DNA of 64,000 nt from Octopus vulgaris (GCA_951406725.2 OX597817.1:127100001-127164000), one strand, 5' to 3'. Shown: positions 13,570 through 25,563, counted from the stretch's first letter. The notes: generated by a model not told the origin, from the letters alone. Program-made: numbers and translations.

Positions 13570-13780
13570 TGTATTTGTGTGTCTGTCGCCCACTATTGCT
13601 TGTCATCCGATGGTTGGTGTGTTTATGGTAGCGTAATGTAACGGTTCGGCAAAGGAAACCGATAGAATAAATACTAGGATTACAAAGAATAAGTCCTCGG
13701 GTCCATTTGTTCGACTAAAGGCGGTAGTGCAGCATAGCCGCAGTCAAATGAATGAAAAAAGTAAAAGGAATAAAAGAATA
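13433..13780 (+). mobile_element. SINE family B (tRNA-like head, internal TATG repeat)
   Basis: Head aggcgcaggcgtagctgtttggtaa (A-box-like), central (TATG)n, 3' part gcggtagtgcagcatagccgcagtcaaatgaatgaaa...taaaagaata. Homologous to 16536-17253 and 23456-23830. Confidence 0.85.
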
Positions 13781-14269
13781 AGTATTATTTATACAAAGAC
13801 TTAGAGATTTCATATCTAACATCTGAAAGTATTCTAAGGTGTATATTTTAAAGAAACGTTAATACCAGTAGTAAATGCTGCGACCTCTTGCTGGTCGTAC
13901 TTGTATTTGGTTAAATAACCCAAATCAACGAAATAATAAGTCTGTCTCGAAATTGCTTACCACTAATTATTATAAGCAATAATAAAGTGATAAATGCTAA
14001 TTCAAGAGTTTGTACAAAAATCTCTAAATAGTTGAGATGATGTACATTGTCGAAAGGTGTGAAACTAAATCAGTTTTGTAATCAACTGTGTATAAACATT
14101 GTATATTATTCCCAGTGGGTAGCAAATTACATTACCTTAACTTTTTAGGAGCTAAAATTTTATAGTTAATTTTCTACGCGATCTATGTGCATACAACAAT
14201 TTTTTCGACATAGTTTTTTTCAATTAGATATTTCTAAAAAGTATGTGCGTGGTTGAACCTCTGCAAGAT

Positions 14270-14500
14270 ATATGTGTGTGTGTATACACAAACACACATA
14301 CATATATACATATTTACATATATGCATATGTGTGTATATATATATATATATATGTATGTAGATATATCTATATATAAGTGTGCGTGTATGTATGTATGTA
14401 GATATATCTATATATAAGTGTGCGTGTATATATGTATGTATGTATATATAAGTATCTCTCTCTATATATATATATGTATAAATATATATATATATATACA

Positions 14501-14560
<60 letters not shown>
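14270..14560. repeat. (TA)n-rich microsatellite complex
   Basis: Directly visible, including a ~40-bp duplicated unit. Confidence 0.95.
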
Positions 14561-14562
<2 letters not shown>

Positions 14563-14674
14563 AGGCGAAAACAAGGAGAAGAAAATGGAGAATAAATGGA
14601 TGTAATTACTGGTTTATTTGCATGTTGTGGAAAGATGGCGTTTTTTTTTTCTAAAAAGCATTACAAATAATTTG

Positions 14675-15362
14675 GATGTTTAAAGCTCAAAAAAGTTGAT
14701 AAAAAACGTAAGAAAAATATGTTTTAGTCAAACCATTAAGTAGAAGGTAATCTCCAAATCATGTTGCTTAATGTCAAGAAAATTGCCACATTCATACTGT
14801 TTTATGGTTAGACTTCTTGAGGGTTCAAAAAGAGCGGACTTCACGTCGGTGATCATTATATCTTTTGAGGGAAGTGTGTAGTGTTAGCAGGTTAAAGTTT
14901 AAAAAATATGTTTAGAGATTTTTTTCTGATTGGTAGGTTTTGAATATTTGTGGATGTACTATATACATATACAAAATATCATGATTAGTAACCAGAAACA
15001 TAAATAGAAAAGTAAAAAATATATATATTAAAAAATATTTAAATAAATAAATGAATAAAACTAAATTCTATGGATGATTCTAATTGACTTAGCGAGAGAT
15101 ACATAAGTTGCTATGATTCAGGATAGATGCAAATTATATATATACTTGGTATTTCCTATCCTATTCTCGTTAACCTCTCAACTACTTTCAAATATGCACT
15201 TACATACCTAATCAATAACAAGTGAAAATTAAGCCCCACTGGTCAAGCATTAAACGGCTTTTGTTTCAAATATCCATCCATCCCGAATCATGAAAACATA
15301 TATATATCTCACTAAACCAATTAGAATTACCCATAGAATTTAGTTTTATTTATTATTATTAT

Positions 15363-15393
<31 letters not shown>

Positions 15394-15769
15394 TTGTGTG
15401 TATGTGGGTGAGAGAGTGTGTGTGTGTTATTTATTAATATGTTCCCTAATTATAATATGCTGTATGATGCAGACAGTGTATCCGCAAATATTCAAAACTT
15501 ACCACTCAAATAAAATCTCTAAACATATTTTTTAACTTTAATGTGCTAACCTTACAAACTTCCCTCAAAAGATATAATGATCATCTTAGTGATGTTAGCT
15601 CTTTTTGAACCCTGAAGAAGTTCAACTATACAATAGTATGAATGTATCAATTTCCTTGACATTAAATGACATGATTTAGAGACTTTCCTCTAAGTATTGG
15701 TTTGACAGAAACATATATATAGGTTTTTTTCTTACGTTTTTTCTTAACAGTTTTGAGCACTCAGGCATC
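14675..15769. repeat. Long imperfect inverted repeat (~300-bp arms, ~475-bp spacer)
   Basis: 14675-14979 is reverse-complementary to 15455-15769, e.g. gatcattatatcttttgagggaagt versus acttccctcaaaagatataatgatc. Confidence 0.9.
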
Positions 15770-16004
15770 TCAGTTCTTACCAAAAGTACAGATGCATGAT
15801 ACCCCATCAACCAATGGAGAAAGGGAATCACAAGATTAATGTTTGTTTCACACTTTTGTCTGTGAAAAGCATTTCTGTAAGTTTGTTTTAAGCGGACAAG
15901 CTTGTTTGCAGACATTTAACGTGCCATTGTTTCAAACATTCCAAGTAATATAAAGTAATATAAAGTAAGATAAAGCATATACTTCATAAGACCAAATCAC
16001 TCTA

Positions 16005-16420
16005 AAGGTTGAAAACAATTAGAAATGCGTATTATATATGATGCGTGGACACCAGAGAAATACGCCCAGGGAACAACTAGAGATTAAACATGATACGGTG
16101 CTGGAACCAGTCATTAAATAATGCTATGAAACTAATTTTCATTAAAATATGGAATCTAATATTGACTCAGAGAAGTGTCACTTTGATATTTATCGGAATA
16201 AATGCATCAGAATTATAACGGTAACATGTCTTCAGCACAAAACGATGAGCAGGGACATCAATTAAGATATGAATGTCTGGTTCAGAGATAAAAGTAATCG
16301 TAGAACTATATACAAAAGAAGCAAAATCAAAGAAACATTTGAGAATGAAGTCCTGTTTGGAAGAATTACATCATCGGAATTATGTCACACCCAGATACAC
16401 TTAGAAAATATTTTATAAGT
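16005..16420 (+). mobile_element. Possible very degraded BEL/Pao LTR-retrotransposon RT remnant
   Basis: Scattered motifs MRIIYDA (cf. LRIVFDAS), SLNNA (cf. SLNDC) and VLFGRITSS (cf. VPFGLTSSP) occur in the expected order. Confidence 0.35.
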
Positions 16421-16535
16421 CCTCGAGTCACTATCTTCCAATATCGTATATTTGAAACAAATGAATAGAAATGGCTTTTCTGATCATTCTTCCACTATAA
16501 TATGTGTACTATCTATTCGTATACATATATATAAT

Positions 16536-17250
16536 CTTTTACTCTTTTACTTGTTTCAGTTATCTGACTGCGGCCATGCTGGAGCACCGCCTTTAGTCGA
16601 ACAAATCGACCCCAGAACTTGTTGTTTGTAAGTGTAGTACTTATTCTAGTGGAGGCCTAATCAATAACGATTCCCAGACCGGGCGTTGTGAGTGTTTATT
16701 GAGCAAAAACACCTAAAGCCCCACGAGGCTCCGGAAGGGGATGGTGGTGATCCCTGCTGTACTCCTTCGCCACAACTTTCTCTCACTCTTACTTCCTGTT
16801 TCTGTTGTACCTGTATTTCAAAGGGCCGGCCTTGTCACTCTCTGTGTCACGCTGAATATCCCCGAGAACTGCGTTAAGGGTACACGTGTCTGTGGAGTGC
16901 TCAGCCACTTACACGTTAATTTCACGAGCAGGCTGTTCCGTTGATCGAATCAACCGGAACCCTCGTCGTTGTAACCGACGGAGTGCTTCCAGTACTTATT
17001 ATATCGGTCTCTTTTTGCCGAAATGCTAAGCTACAGGGACTTAAACACACCAACACCGGTTGTCAAGCGATGTTGGGGGACAAACACAAACACACGCGCA
17101 CATTACATATATATACGACCGGTTTTCAGTTTCCGTCTACCAAATCCACTCATAAAACTTTGGTCGGCTCGAGGCTATAGCAAAAGGCACGCAGTGGGAC
17201 TGAACCCGAAGCCATATGGTTGGTAAGCAAGGTATTTGCCACATCCACCC

Positions 17251-17253
<3 letters not shown>
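16536..17253 (-). mobile_element. SINE family B, interrupted by a nested SINE
   Basis: 3' part 16536-16648 (ctgcggccatgctggagcaccgcc) and 5' part 16991-17253 together reconstruct the same element as 13433-13780. Confidence 0.9.
16649..16990 (+). mobile_element. SINE family C nested in SINE B with 13-bp TSD
   Basis: TSD agtacttattcta (16636-16648) / agtacttattata (16991-17003). Body homologous to the minus-strand copy at 43090-43389. Confidence 0.9.
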
Positions 17254-17297
<44 letters not shown>

Positions 17298-17299
<2 letters not shown>

Positions 17300-17773
17300 T
17301 CAATTAGAACCAGTGGTCTAGCATATTAAAGAAAGAATCCGAAGATTAAAATATTTAATTTTATATAAATATTTGTTCTCTAACCGATAAATTAACTGCT
17401 GCTAACTATTAGCTGCAGGCTAGTTTACTCGGGTCTCATCGCGCAAAATTAGAGACATTTGAAATATATATTTCAAATGTAATAGGCCGTACTCCATGCA
17501 CGCGATATTTCGGTATCGTGTTGGCATTTAGTACAGAAAATTACATTTTATATGGGACCATGCTGATGATGGCTGCACTTTTCCTTGCGGAAAATAACAG
17601 CCGAAACTAAATTTAGTACATGGGTAAATATTTATTTCGTATATTTTTCATTTGTTTATTGTTTTGGTTTTGTGTTGAGTTTGATCTGAGAAAATAGACT
17701 TTTTGTGGAGAATGGCGATTTGACGTCTATATCTAGCATGTTGACTGTCCACTTTTCGTGTTCAGTCCTTAAT

Positions 17774-17778
<5 letters not shown>
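17298..17778 (+). mobile_element. Small hammerhead-bearing cassette between (TA)n tracts (Penelope pLTR/retrozyme-like)
   Basis: Bounded by the short inverted ends tatcaatta/taattgata and by (TA)n on both sides. Contains the hammerhead at 17558-17623. Confidence 0.6.
17558..17623 (+). ncRNA. Type I hammerhead ribozyme, intact core
   Basis: Stem I CCAUG/CAUGG, core CUGAUGA (17563-17569) plus an extra U, stem II GGCUG...CAGCC extended by UUUUCC/GGAAAA, GAAA (17603-17606), stem III ACUA-AAUU-UAGU, and cleavage triplet GUA (cut after 17618). Confidence 0.85.
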
Positions 17779-17812
<34 letters not shown>

Positions 17813-17841
17813 ACCATATGTATGCCTACATACATACGTTC

Positions 17842-17879
<38 letters not shown>

Positions 17880-19057
17880 CTATGTATGTGCATATCTTTC
17901 GTTAGCAGCATATGTTCTTCGTTTCCACCATACTTAAATAGTGTCATCAGTTACTCATTTCTTCTTTTTCAACTTCACATTTCTTACAAGTTGAACATGA
18001 TTATGCTATATCGGGATGTCTTCCAATTTATTAGTCCTCGATTATATGTAGCATATATTTGCATTGGAAAAACATTCTCACATTCATTACACAAATACAT
18101 ATAAATTTATGTTAAGACAAGGTTCTTACACAAAAATTTACTCGACCCTGTTAACTCGGTTTTTCATATTCGGGCCTTTTTTTTCAGTGTTTATCACAAT
18201 AACGAAATTATGTAGAAACGATAGAATATACAATTGTAATACAATTATCACAAATATATTCGGGACAGTGATTTGTGTTAAGCAGCCAATAACAGATATT
18301 TACTTTTCGATATCGTTTATATATATTTATATATATATATATTTACCTGTTGACTAGTATTTCGCAATGTTAATCACCTAGATAAAATTTCGGTGTGAAA
18401 GTCATAGAAAGTAAATGGAATTATACTTCTCATGTTTAACGCAAACAAAATACCAGCAGGTTGATCTTCGAACCTGGAGAATGCAAGTAGTACAAAGTTC
18501 TGACATATTTCGTCGCAGAGGAATTTTTATTATAGCACTGGTAATTTTACAGAACTCAACCAGCTTTTGCTTTAGAAAGGAACTGATTTGCAATACCTGA
18601 GGAAGTGGCGACATGCCGTTTCTAATAATCCTAGTTCAGCACTCCAGCATAGGAATTCAATTAGCAGGAAAAATGAAAATGCATGAAACAACAGCTGACC
18701 TCCATCAATCACGTTAACTATCCCGATTATAAACAGTACATATAATTATCAATTAATTATATCAATACCTTGGTTAAATTAAATAACTTAACTCCTTAAT
18801 CCTTAATTGGATTACTCACTCTTCAAAAAGTAGGTCTCCTTCGTCAGCATTCATCCTCTACACCACAGGCGCATACAAGCAATGTATAACTCTTACACTT
18901 GCATTTGGATATATTTACTGGAAAGCAGCATTTTTGTCGTGCTACTCTTGCGCTTGTCGCAAAGTGGAAAAGTGCGGGCTTCGTCAAGGAACAAAGTATC
19001 GTTCTGCAAGTTTTTCCATCATATTCGCAACTTACTCTCCTTTGCCTGAAACACGAA

Positions 19058-19199
19058 AGATGGAGAATGAGTGGATAACTACCAGGAATATCTAACCAAA
19101 GATGAAACATATCTTACTGTGTTCTATGTTAGATGGAGAATGAGTGGATAACTACCAGGAATTTCTAACCAAAGATGAAACATATCTTACTGTGTTCTA
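19058..19199. repeat. 73-bp tandem duplication
   Basis: agatggagaatgagtggataactaccagg... starts at 19058 and 19131, with one mismatch. Confidence 0.95.
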
Positions 19200-19544
19200 G
19201 TTCTATGTTAGATCATAACTATGTATAAAAAAAGCTTCATGCAAATGTAGATTTCGCATTATTTGTTTCTGTGCTTGAAGAATATTTAACAGTGACCTCT
19301 TACACGTTTCACCTACATGTACAATTTTGTAACTCATTTTAGTGAATGAAACACGTGTAATGGCAAATAAATAATGCCAAACATGTTTTTCCAAATCTCT
19401 TGTTTTGATTACTCGTCAAAAACATATTTTCCAGAAGTTTCAAATCATAAGTAAAACTTACACAAATATAATATTTAACTGCGATTTTGGAGCAGCAGAA
19501 AAAGCAGAGGAGCTTCAAGAGGACACAATTTGCATTATAACTCT

Positions 19545-19665
19545 ATGTATATGTGTATGTATGAATATGTGTATGTATGTATGTATGTATGTATGTATGT
19601 ATGTATGTATGTATGTATGAATGTATGTATGTATGGATGTGTGTTTGTGTATGTGTGTATGAGTT
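19545..19665. repeat. (TATG)n microsatellite
   Basis: Directly visible. Confidence 0.95.
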
Positions 19666-20393
19666 ATTTGTATACAGTGAGTGATTCTGCTCAAGGATCT
19701 GTATGTGCGTGTGTGATTAATACTTGCTAATACTTGAACGAAAAGAAAATTAACGAGTAACCGCCTACGTGCATTTGATAAATTATTGATACATGATTTT
19801 TTCTCTCCATATCCTATATTGATAATCACTGTACAATCTCGATTGCCGAACATATATAAATGAAAACATCAACAGTAGACTCATATTTGCATTGCTCCAG
19901 AAATGTAGAGGGTGCAACGATTATGAAAACGATGTAAACAAAAAAATTAAATACAATCAGAATTACAATAGCATAATAACAAATGATTTTATATTTGAAA
20001 TGATTATCTTGGAGAAATTGAGGCAAAGCAATTTTGTTTTCATTTATTTCTAGTTAATTTTGAAAATAAAACAATAGCACAAAAAAGTCATAACAGTTCA
20101 TACCTTCGAGAAAACATAAAAAGAAATATTTGTATGAGATTGTATCTAATGATTAAGCTAAGATTATTTTCTGTCACCAAAAGATACAATATTAGTAATA
20201 TCATTCCCTTAAGATTGTAGGTTCATTTGTTGTTAATAGAAGCGATATAAGCTAAAGAAATAAGTTATTCTAAGCATTACAATTTTCTGTAACCTATCTT
20301 TTATATATGTATTATGTATTTGTCTGTGAGTGTTTATATATATATATATATATATTTGTGTATCTATTATGTGTATGGTGCATACAAACAAAG

Positions 20394-20430
<37 letters not shown>

Positions 20431-20623
20431 GATATATATACATATTGTTCCATTCGTTGCAGCCATGCGGCTGCGGCCATGCTGGTGCACCACCTTGATT
20501 TTGCGTCTTTACTCATAATTCTTCGTCGGCTTGTGGGTGGTGGGTTTCACGTCATCACTCCTGTATATCTTTGTTTCGGCTGTTTGCCTGTCTGTTGTAT
20601 GAGGGAGTTCGACTCGTCCGCAT

Positions 20624-21255
20624 CTCCGCAGCCTCGTCCGCATCTCATTTCGAGCCGTCGGCTTACCCATTTACGAGAGGAGAGAAATGTTTAGGTCCTT
20701 TTAGAAGATATTTGCGACTACATTGTATACGTTTCTTAATTTTTGTGGAAGGCCATTGAATAGCTGTGAACTGTGAATCCTAGGCTATTGCCTGACCTAA
20801 ATTTAGATGTAATGGACAGTACCATTGGTATTATGCAACAGCGTCGTATTATGCAGCCTCGTCATTAGCCCTTTCAGAATTTTCTGTGCGTAGTTTATTA
20901 CATATCTATCATAAAGTTGTAGTTGTTATCAACCTCTCTTTGTAGCTCTATTACAATATCTTTGTAGCACTATTACAATCTTTTTAGTACAATGACGTAG
21001 GAACTTTCGGAGTTCCGTTGTTAGTTTGGCACTATGTTATGACCATAGCTGAGAGTAGTAGTCCAGGTGGCCAAGAACAAAGGCACTCAACAGGATCAAC
21101 ATAACCTCTGAGTCTCTTGCCTTGACGGACATTAATATCCAGCCACAAAAATTAAGAAACCTATACAATGTCGACGAAAAGGACCTAGACATTTCTCTCC
21201 CCTCCCTACTGGGTAAGCCGACGGCTCGACATGAGATGCGGACGAGGCTGTAGAG
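20624..21255. repeat. Inverted repeat (~120-bp arms) enclosing a LINE fragment
   Basis: 20624-20748 (gcctcgtccgcatctcatttcgagccgtcggcttaccca...) is reverse-complementary to 21143-21255. Confidence 0.9.
21037..21147 (-). mobile_element. CR1/L2-type LINE ORF2 C-terminal fragment
   Basis: CGWILMSVKARDSEVMLILLSAFVLGHLDYYSQLWS resembles the GWILRTF..RD...ML.L....V...LDYCSQLWSP region downstream of LINE RT. Confidence 0.75.
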
Positions 21256-21435
21256 TATTAAACTATGTGAAACGAAGGCATTTCTCTTACACTTTTTATA
21301 TATGTTTTCCACATATTTTCAACTCCTAATTTTACCTCATGATATATACTGAATCTCCAGTATTTTTGCTCCTTTTATATACATTTTTATTCCGCATATA
21401 TATATATATATATATATATACAGGCATACACACCC

Positions 21436-21477
<42 letters not shown>

Positions 21478-21479
<2 letters not shown>

Positions 21480-22465
21480 TAGCATTAAAGACCCGTAATT
21501 ACCGGGTCATAGTGTTAGTGCATGTATATATGTCTATATATATGTGTACATATTACATGTACATCTATATATCTACATCTACACATAAAATAGAAAATAC
21601 AAAGTTATATTTTGATATCGCTAGTGATAACAATACTCAAAATATATAACAGACTGGAATTGTTAGCCCGTCTCTTGTAATTTCGATCAATTGTATCTTA
21701 TCCTCCCTCTTGTATAGAAGTGTGGCTACAATCCAGCTTACCTCTACTTCTGGAGCGGGGGAGCATTTAAAATTTTTTTTCCGGGACGTCCTATGTCCCA
21801 GATATAAAGAGTAAAAATAAAATATTTCCACTTTGCAAGTTCGAGTCGAGTACTCCCTTGCACGCTCCGTTGACTCGAACCTTGCTTCTATTGTGGCGAA
21901 TTTACCGCCTCTGATTAGATACCTTTCATAATCGCACCAAGACACTTTTCGAAGGTGCTTTCCCTCTTTTTCTCTACATTGTATAATTTATAGACAATAG
22001 ACTTTTCTTTAATTTAATTTTTTTATTATCCATCTGGACTATTCCATTTCTGCACGCTAATTTTATTTTTAATTTATTCCCATTCATGTGAAACCACTTA
22101 TTCAAGTTCAAGTTATTGATGCAATTTTATACCAATTGCTATTTTTACTTTTGTTATGTTACGATTATATTATACTTTAGTTTGATTTTAATTATTACTT
22201 ACTATATATAATTCAATTGTTATTATTATTTCTATTGTTTAAGTGAAAGTATCTGACATAAAATAGAGATATGTTTTTGTTTCTCTTTTAACTGAAATAG
22301 TGGAGAAGATATGATATTGCTATGGGCTCGCACTAGGCAAGAATTTGAACATTTTTTTGCCCATGAAACTACAGTAAGGCATGTGTAAAATTTGAATGGA
22401 ATTGGTTGTGTAGTTCTCGAGTTTTAGGGAAACACATAGACAGACAGACAGACACACATTCTCAG

Positions 22466-22470
<5 letters not shown>
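21478..22470 (-). mobile_element. Non-autonomous Helitron
   Basis: Minus-strand 3' end has a hairpin gacccg/cgggtc (21490-21508) a few nt before CTAG|T (21478-21482). The 5' end reads tatataactgagaatgtgtgtctgtctgtc...aaaactcgagaactacacaaccaatt, typical of non-autonomous Helitron starts. Inserted in (TA)n. Confidence 0.7.
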
Positions 22471-22538
<68 letters not shown>

Positions 22539-22609
22539 CATAAATATATACATAGTAGTGGAGAGTGATATAAGTTAGTACAAGAGGGTGAGGAATGAGA
22601 ACATACACA

Positions 22610-23135
22610 CACACACTCTCACAAGACTATGATAAAAGGAGATCCGGACAATTTTTTTGAACAATAACATTTACCACCACCCCTTGAAGTGGCCACATGG
22701 GTTTGCCATTTCTAGAAGTCAAGAATTATTTTCTATTGAAGAAACTGACCAGCTGCAAAGATGTTAACACATTTTTTCTTCTTTCACTCTTCCTTTTTTC
22801 TTTCCTTCTCTTTTCTATTGATACTCCTCTCAGATACACAGACACTCACTCACACACGCGCACATACACGGACACACACTCTCTCTCTCTCCCACACAAG
22901 ACAATGATAAAAAGAAATCCAGACAATTTTTTTTATAAATAACATTTACCCCCCTTGAAGTGGCCACCTGGGTATGCCATTTCTAAAAGCCAAGAATCAC
23001 TTACTATTGAAAGAATTGACCGGCTGCAAAGATGTCAACACGTTTTTTGTTTCTTTCTTCCTTCTTCCTTTCCTTCTCTTTTCCATTGACACCCCTTTCA
23101 GATACAAAAGCACACACACAATCGCACTCTCTCTC
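22610..23135. repeat. ~275-bp tandem duplication (two diverged units)
   Basis: acaagac...ccccttgaagtggccac...gctgcaaagatg units start at about 22621 and 22896. Confidence 0.9.
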
Positions 23136-23373
23136 AATTTCTCCCCATTCTTCAACCTCTTGTACTATCTTATATCTCTCTCCACCTCTACACGCTATAT
23201 AATAATATAAAAAGAGACAAAATTCCTGAAAAAGTTCAATCTGACGACTCCAATAGAGTGGACGCAAGCGCTATTATATATATGATGTGACATATTGATA
23301 AACATCTGTAAATATAAAAGCATCTAGATTTCTCATTTCTTCTAATATATAATACCTGTATCATCTCCAAACC

Positions 23374-23455
<82 letters not shown>

Positions 23456-23458
<3 letters not shown>

Positions 23459-23830
23459 GCAAGCGTGGTTGTGTGGTAAGAGGATTGCCCCCCCCCAACA
23501 CACTGCACCGGATTCAGTCCCAGTATGTGGGAACTTGGGTCTCTTCTATTGTAGCCTAGGCAGTCCAAAGTTTTATGGGTGGATTTGGTTGACGGAACCA
23601 TATATGAGTGTGTGTCTTTGTGTTTGTCCCCCACCGCCACTTGACAAACGTTGAAGGTGTGTTTCCATATTCATTACTAAGCTATTCACCTCAGATACGG
23701 ATAGAGTGAATACCATGCGCTAAAAAGTAAGTACTGGATTCTAATTTAATCGATTAAACCCTTCAACGTGATGCTCCAACTTGACCACAATCGAATGACA
23801 GTCAAGTAAAAATTATAGGCAAAAGACAAA
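23456..23830 (+). mobile_element. SINE family B, diverged
   Basis: Head gtcgcaagcgtggttgtgtggtaag, then ggatttggttgacggaac...tgtccccc, and a family-B-like 3' region. Confidence 0.8.
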
Positions 23831-25268
23831 GGTTGTTTAGATGTTTTGAGACAGGTAAATTTTGTTTAGCTTGTTTTGACTATGTTTGTATTACATTATT
23901 AATGTGTGTATATGTACATAAATGCACACACAGACACCCACGTGATTTCACGTACACCCACGTGATACACGTACACTACAGATATGTGTTCGTATAGTTG
24001 TTGGGTATACATGAATGTGACAAAAATCTTTCTGTCGCAAGTTTTATTTCCATTAGTCCTTTGTTTAAACACAAGTAATGTGACTTATCCAGGTATTTCC
24101 TTCCGCCTTAAAAGTATCATAATGTCTCGTCGTATACATGGTGTTTTAAGAGAGAGATATACTGATTCACATCAAACTTTGTGTTTATCATATTGAATCT
24201 GGAATATTGAAAATTGCTCGCATCTTGGGATGCCGACATAAATTGATACAGACGGAAAAATCAACTATTTATAGCTTTACATTCTTACCTCCACTATTTC
24301 TGCGAATACAATTCATCCATGTATTTTGTAGCCAACAATTCCAGCAACTAAGGAACCAGAGTTGTTCCTTACTAAGATAGAAAGCATGACCGTACAGATA
24401 CATTCTATATCGCATAATTGTCATATATAATAACAAACACAATCCACATTAATCAAGAGATATTTGCACGCATATGACATCTACTCAAAGACACGAACAC
24501 ATGTGCACGTTCATTAACTATATCATTTTGAGCAAATTTGTTTTTCAAAGTATTTGCCAGATAATGACTACAGTAAAAAAAAATCGAGTGTACATATGCA
24601 TATGTGTGAGTACTGTGCTTCTGTGCTTGTGTGTGTATGTTTGTGCAATTTACATTAATTGGTAAATAAAAATACCTGCTGTATATATGAAATGAACAAA
24701 CGGTACTTGAAATTTAAGACAACTCTGACAACACGCATGATTATTGATGACTAATGGCTACAACTGTAGCAATAGCACAATGACAGAAACATCTGACAAT
24801 AGGATATCACATTTGCTTTGTTACTATTCAATGGTATTTAATTTCAATAGAAATCTAAACCAGTAAAATGTTAGACAACATAATATATCAAACTTATCTT
24901 TCCTTGAAAAATATAAACATATTAAATAAGTTTTATTAGGATAGGAAGATCATATTTGAAATGACGTAAACTGAATGTAGTAGCTATAAGCTGAATGTAG
25001 TAACTATATCGTAAATTTAAAAATTAGTCCTATAAAAAATGACTTAAGTTATACGTCATTTTCATATTGTTGTGTTTAAACATGAAATTGCTGAATACTG
25101 ATGTATCGAATTTACGACGCACTGTCGATCGTCAATAGGTAATCAACATCTTACCAGGATGTGTTGCTTACTTCTTGACACACACACACACATATATACA
25201 TATATATATGAACAATTCATAAATAATTCTTCCATGGGTATGAGTAAGTATCTCATTTATTTCTTTTG

Positions 25269-25331
25269 CCACATTTATCACTTACGAAGGGAGGGCTCTT
25301 ACAAGCTAACCCTGAAATCGGTCCGATGTGG
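25269..25331 (+). ncRNA. Degenerate minimal hammerhead motif
   Basis: CCACAU..UCA / CUUACGA (G5U) / AGGG...CCCU stem II / GAAA / UCGG (near-palindromic ACCGGU) / UC / CGAUGUGG. It lies in a cassette between TA tracts with an inverted repeat at 25207-25226/25468-25487. Confidence 0.55.
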
Positions 25332-25563
25332 TAATAATGGAATTTTTTAGAAATTTCTGTCGACCTTTTTTCCAGTACCGCGCGTATTGTGAAAAAAGTA
25401 TATGGTTAATGGACAATATGTCCAATTTTTCGGCATATCTGGCATTTGAAATTTTTTCGTTTGCCCTTATTTATGAATTGTTTATAAATTTCACCTTTAA
25501 AGGTATTTTTTAATATGCTGGCCATTGATAAATTTTTTTTTCGAAAAACCTTTATCCTACATT

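Noticed and set aside
15611-15650. CUGAAGA followed by a stem in the inverted-repeat arm
   Set aside because: No GAAA or stem III follows in either arm.
19058-19215. Direct repeats considered as a CRISPR array (also 48313-48545 and 56878-57083)
   Set aside because: Head-to-tail duplications without unique spacers, no cas genes, and a eukaryotic context.
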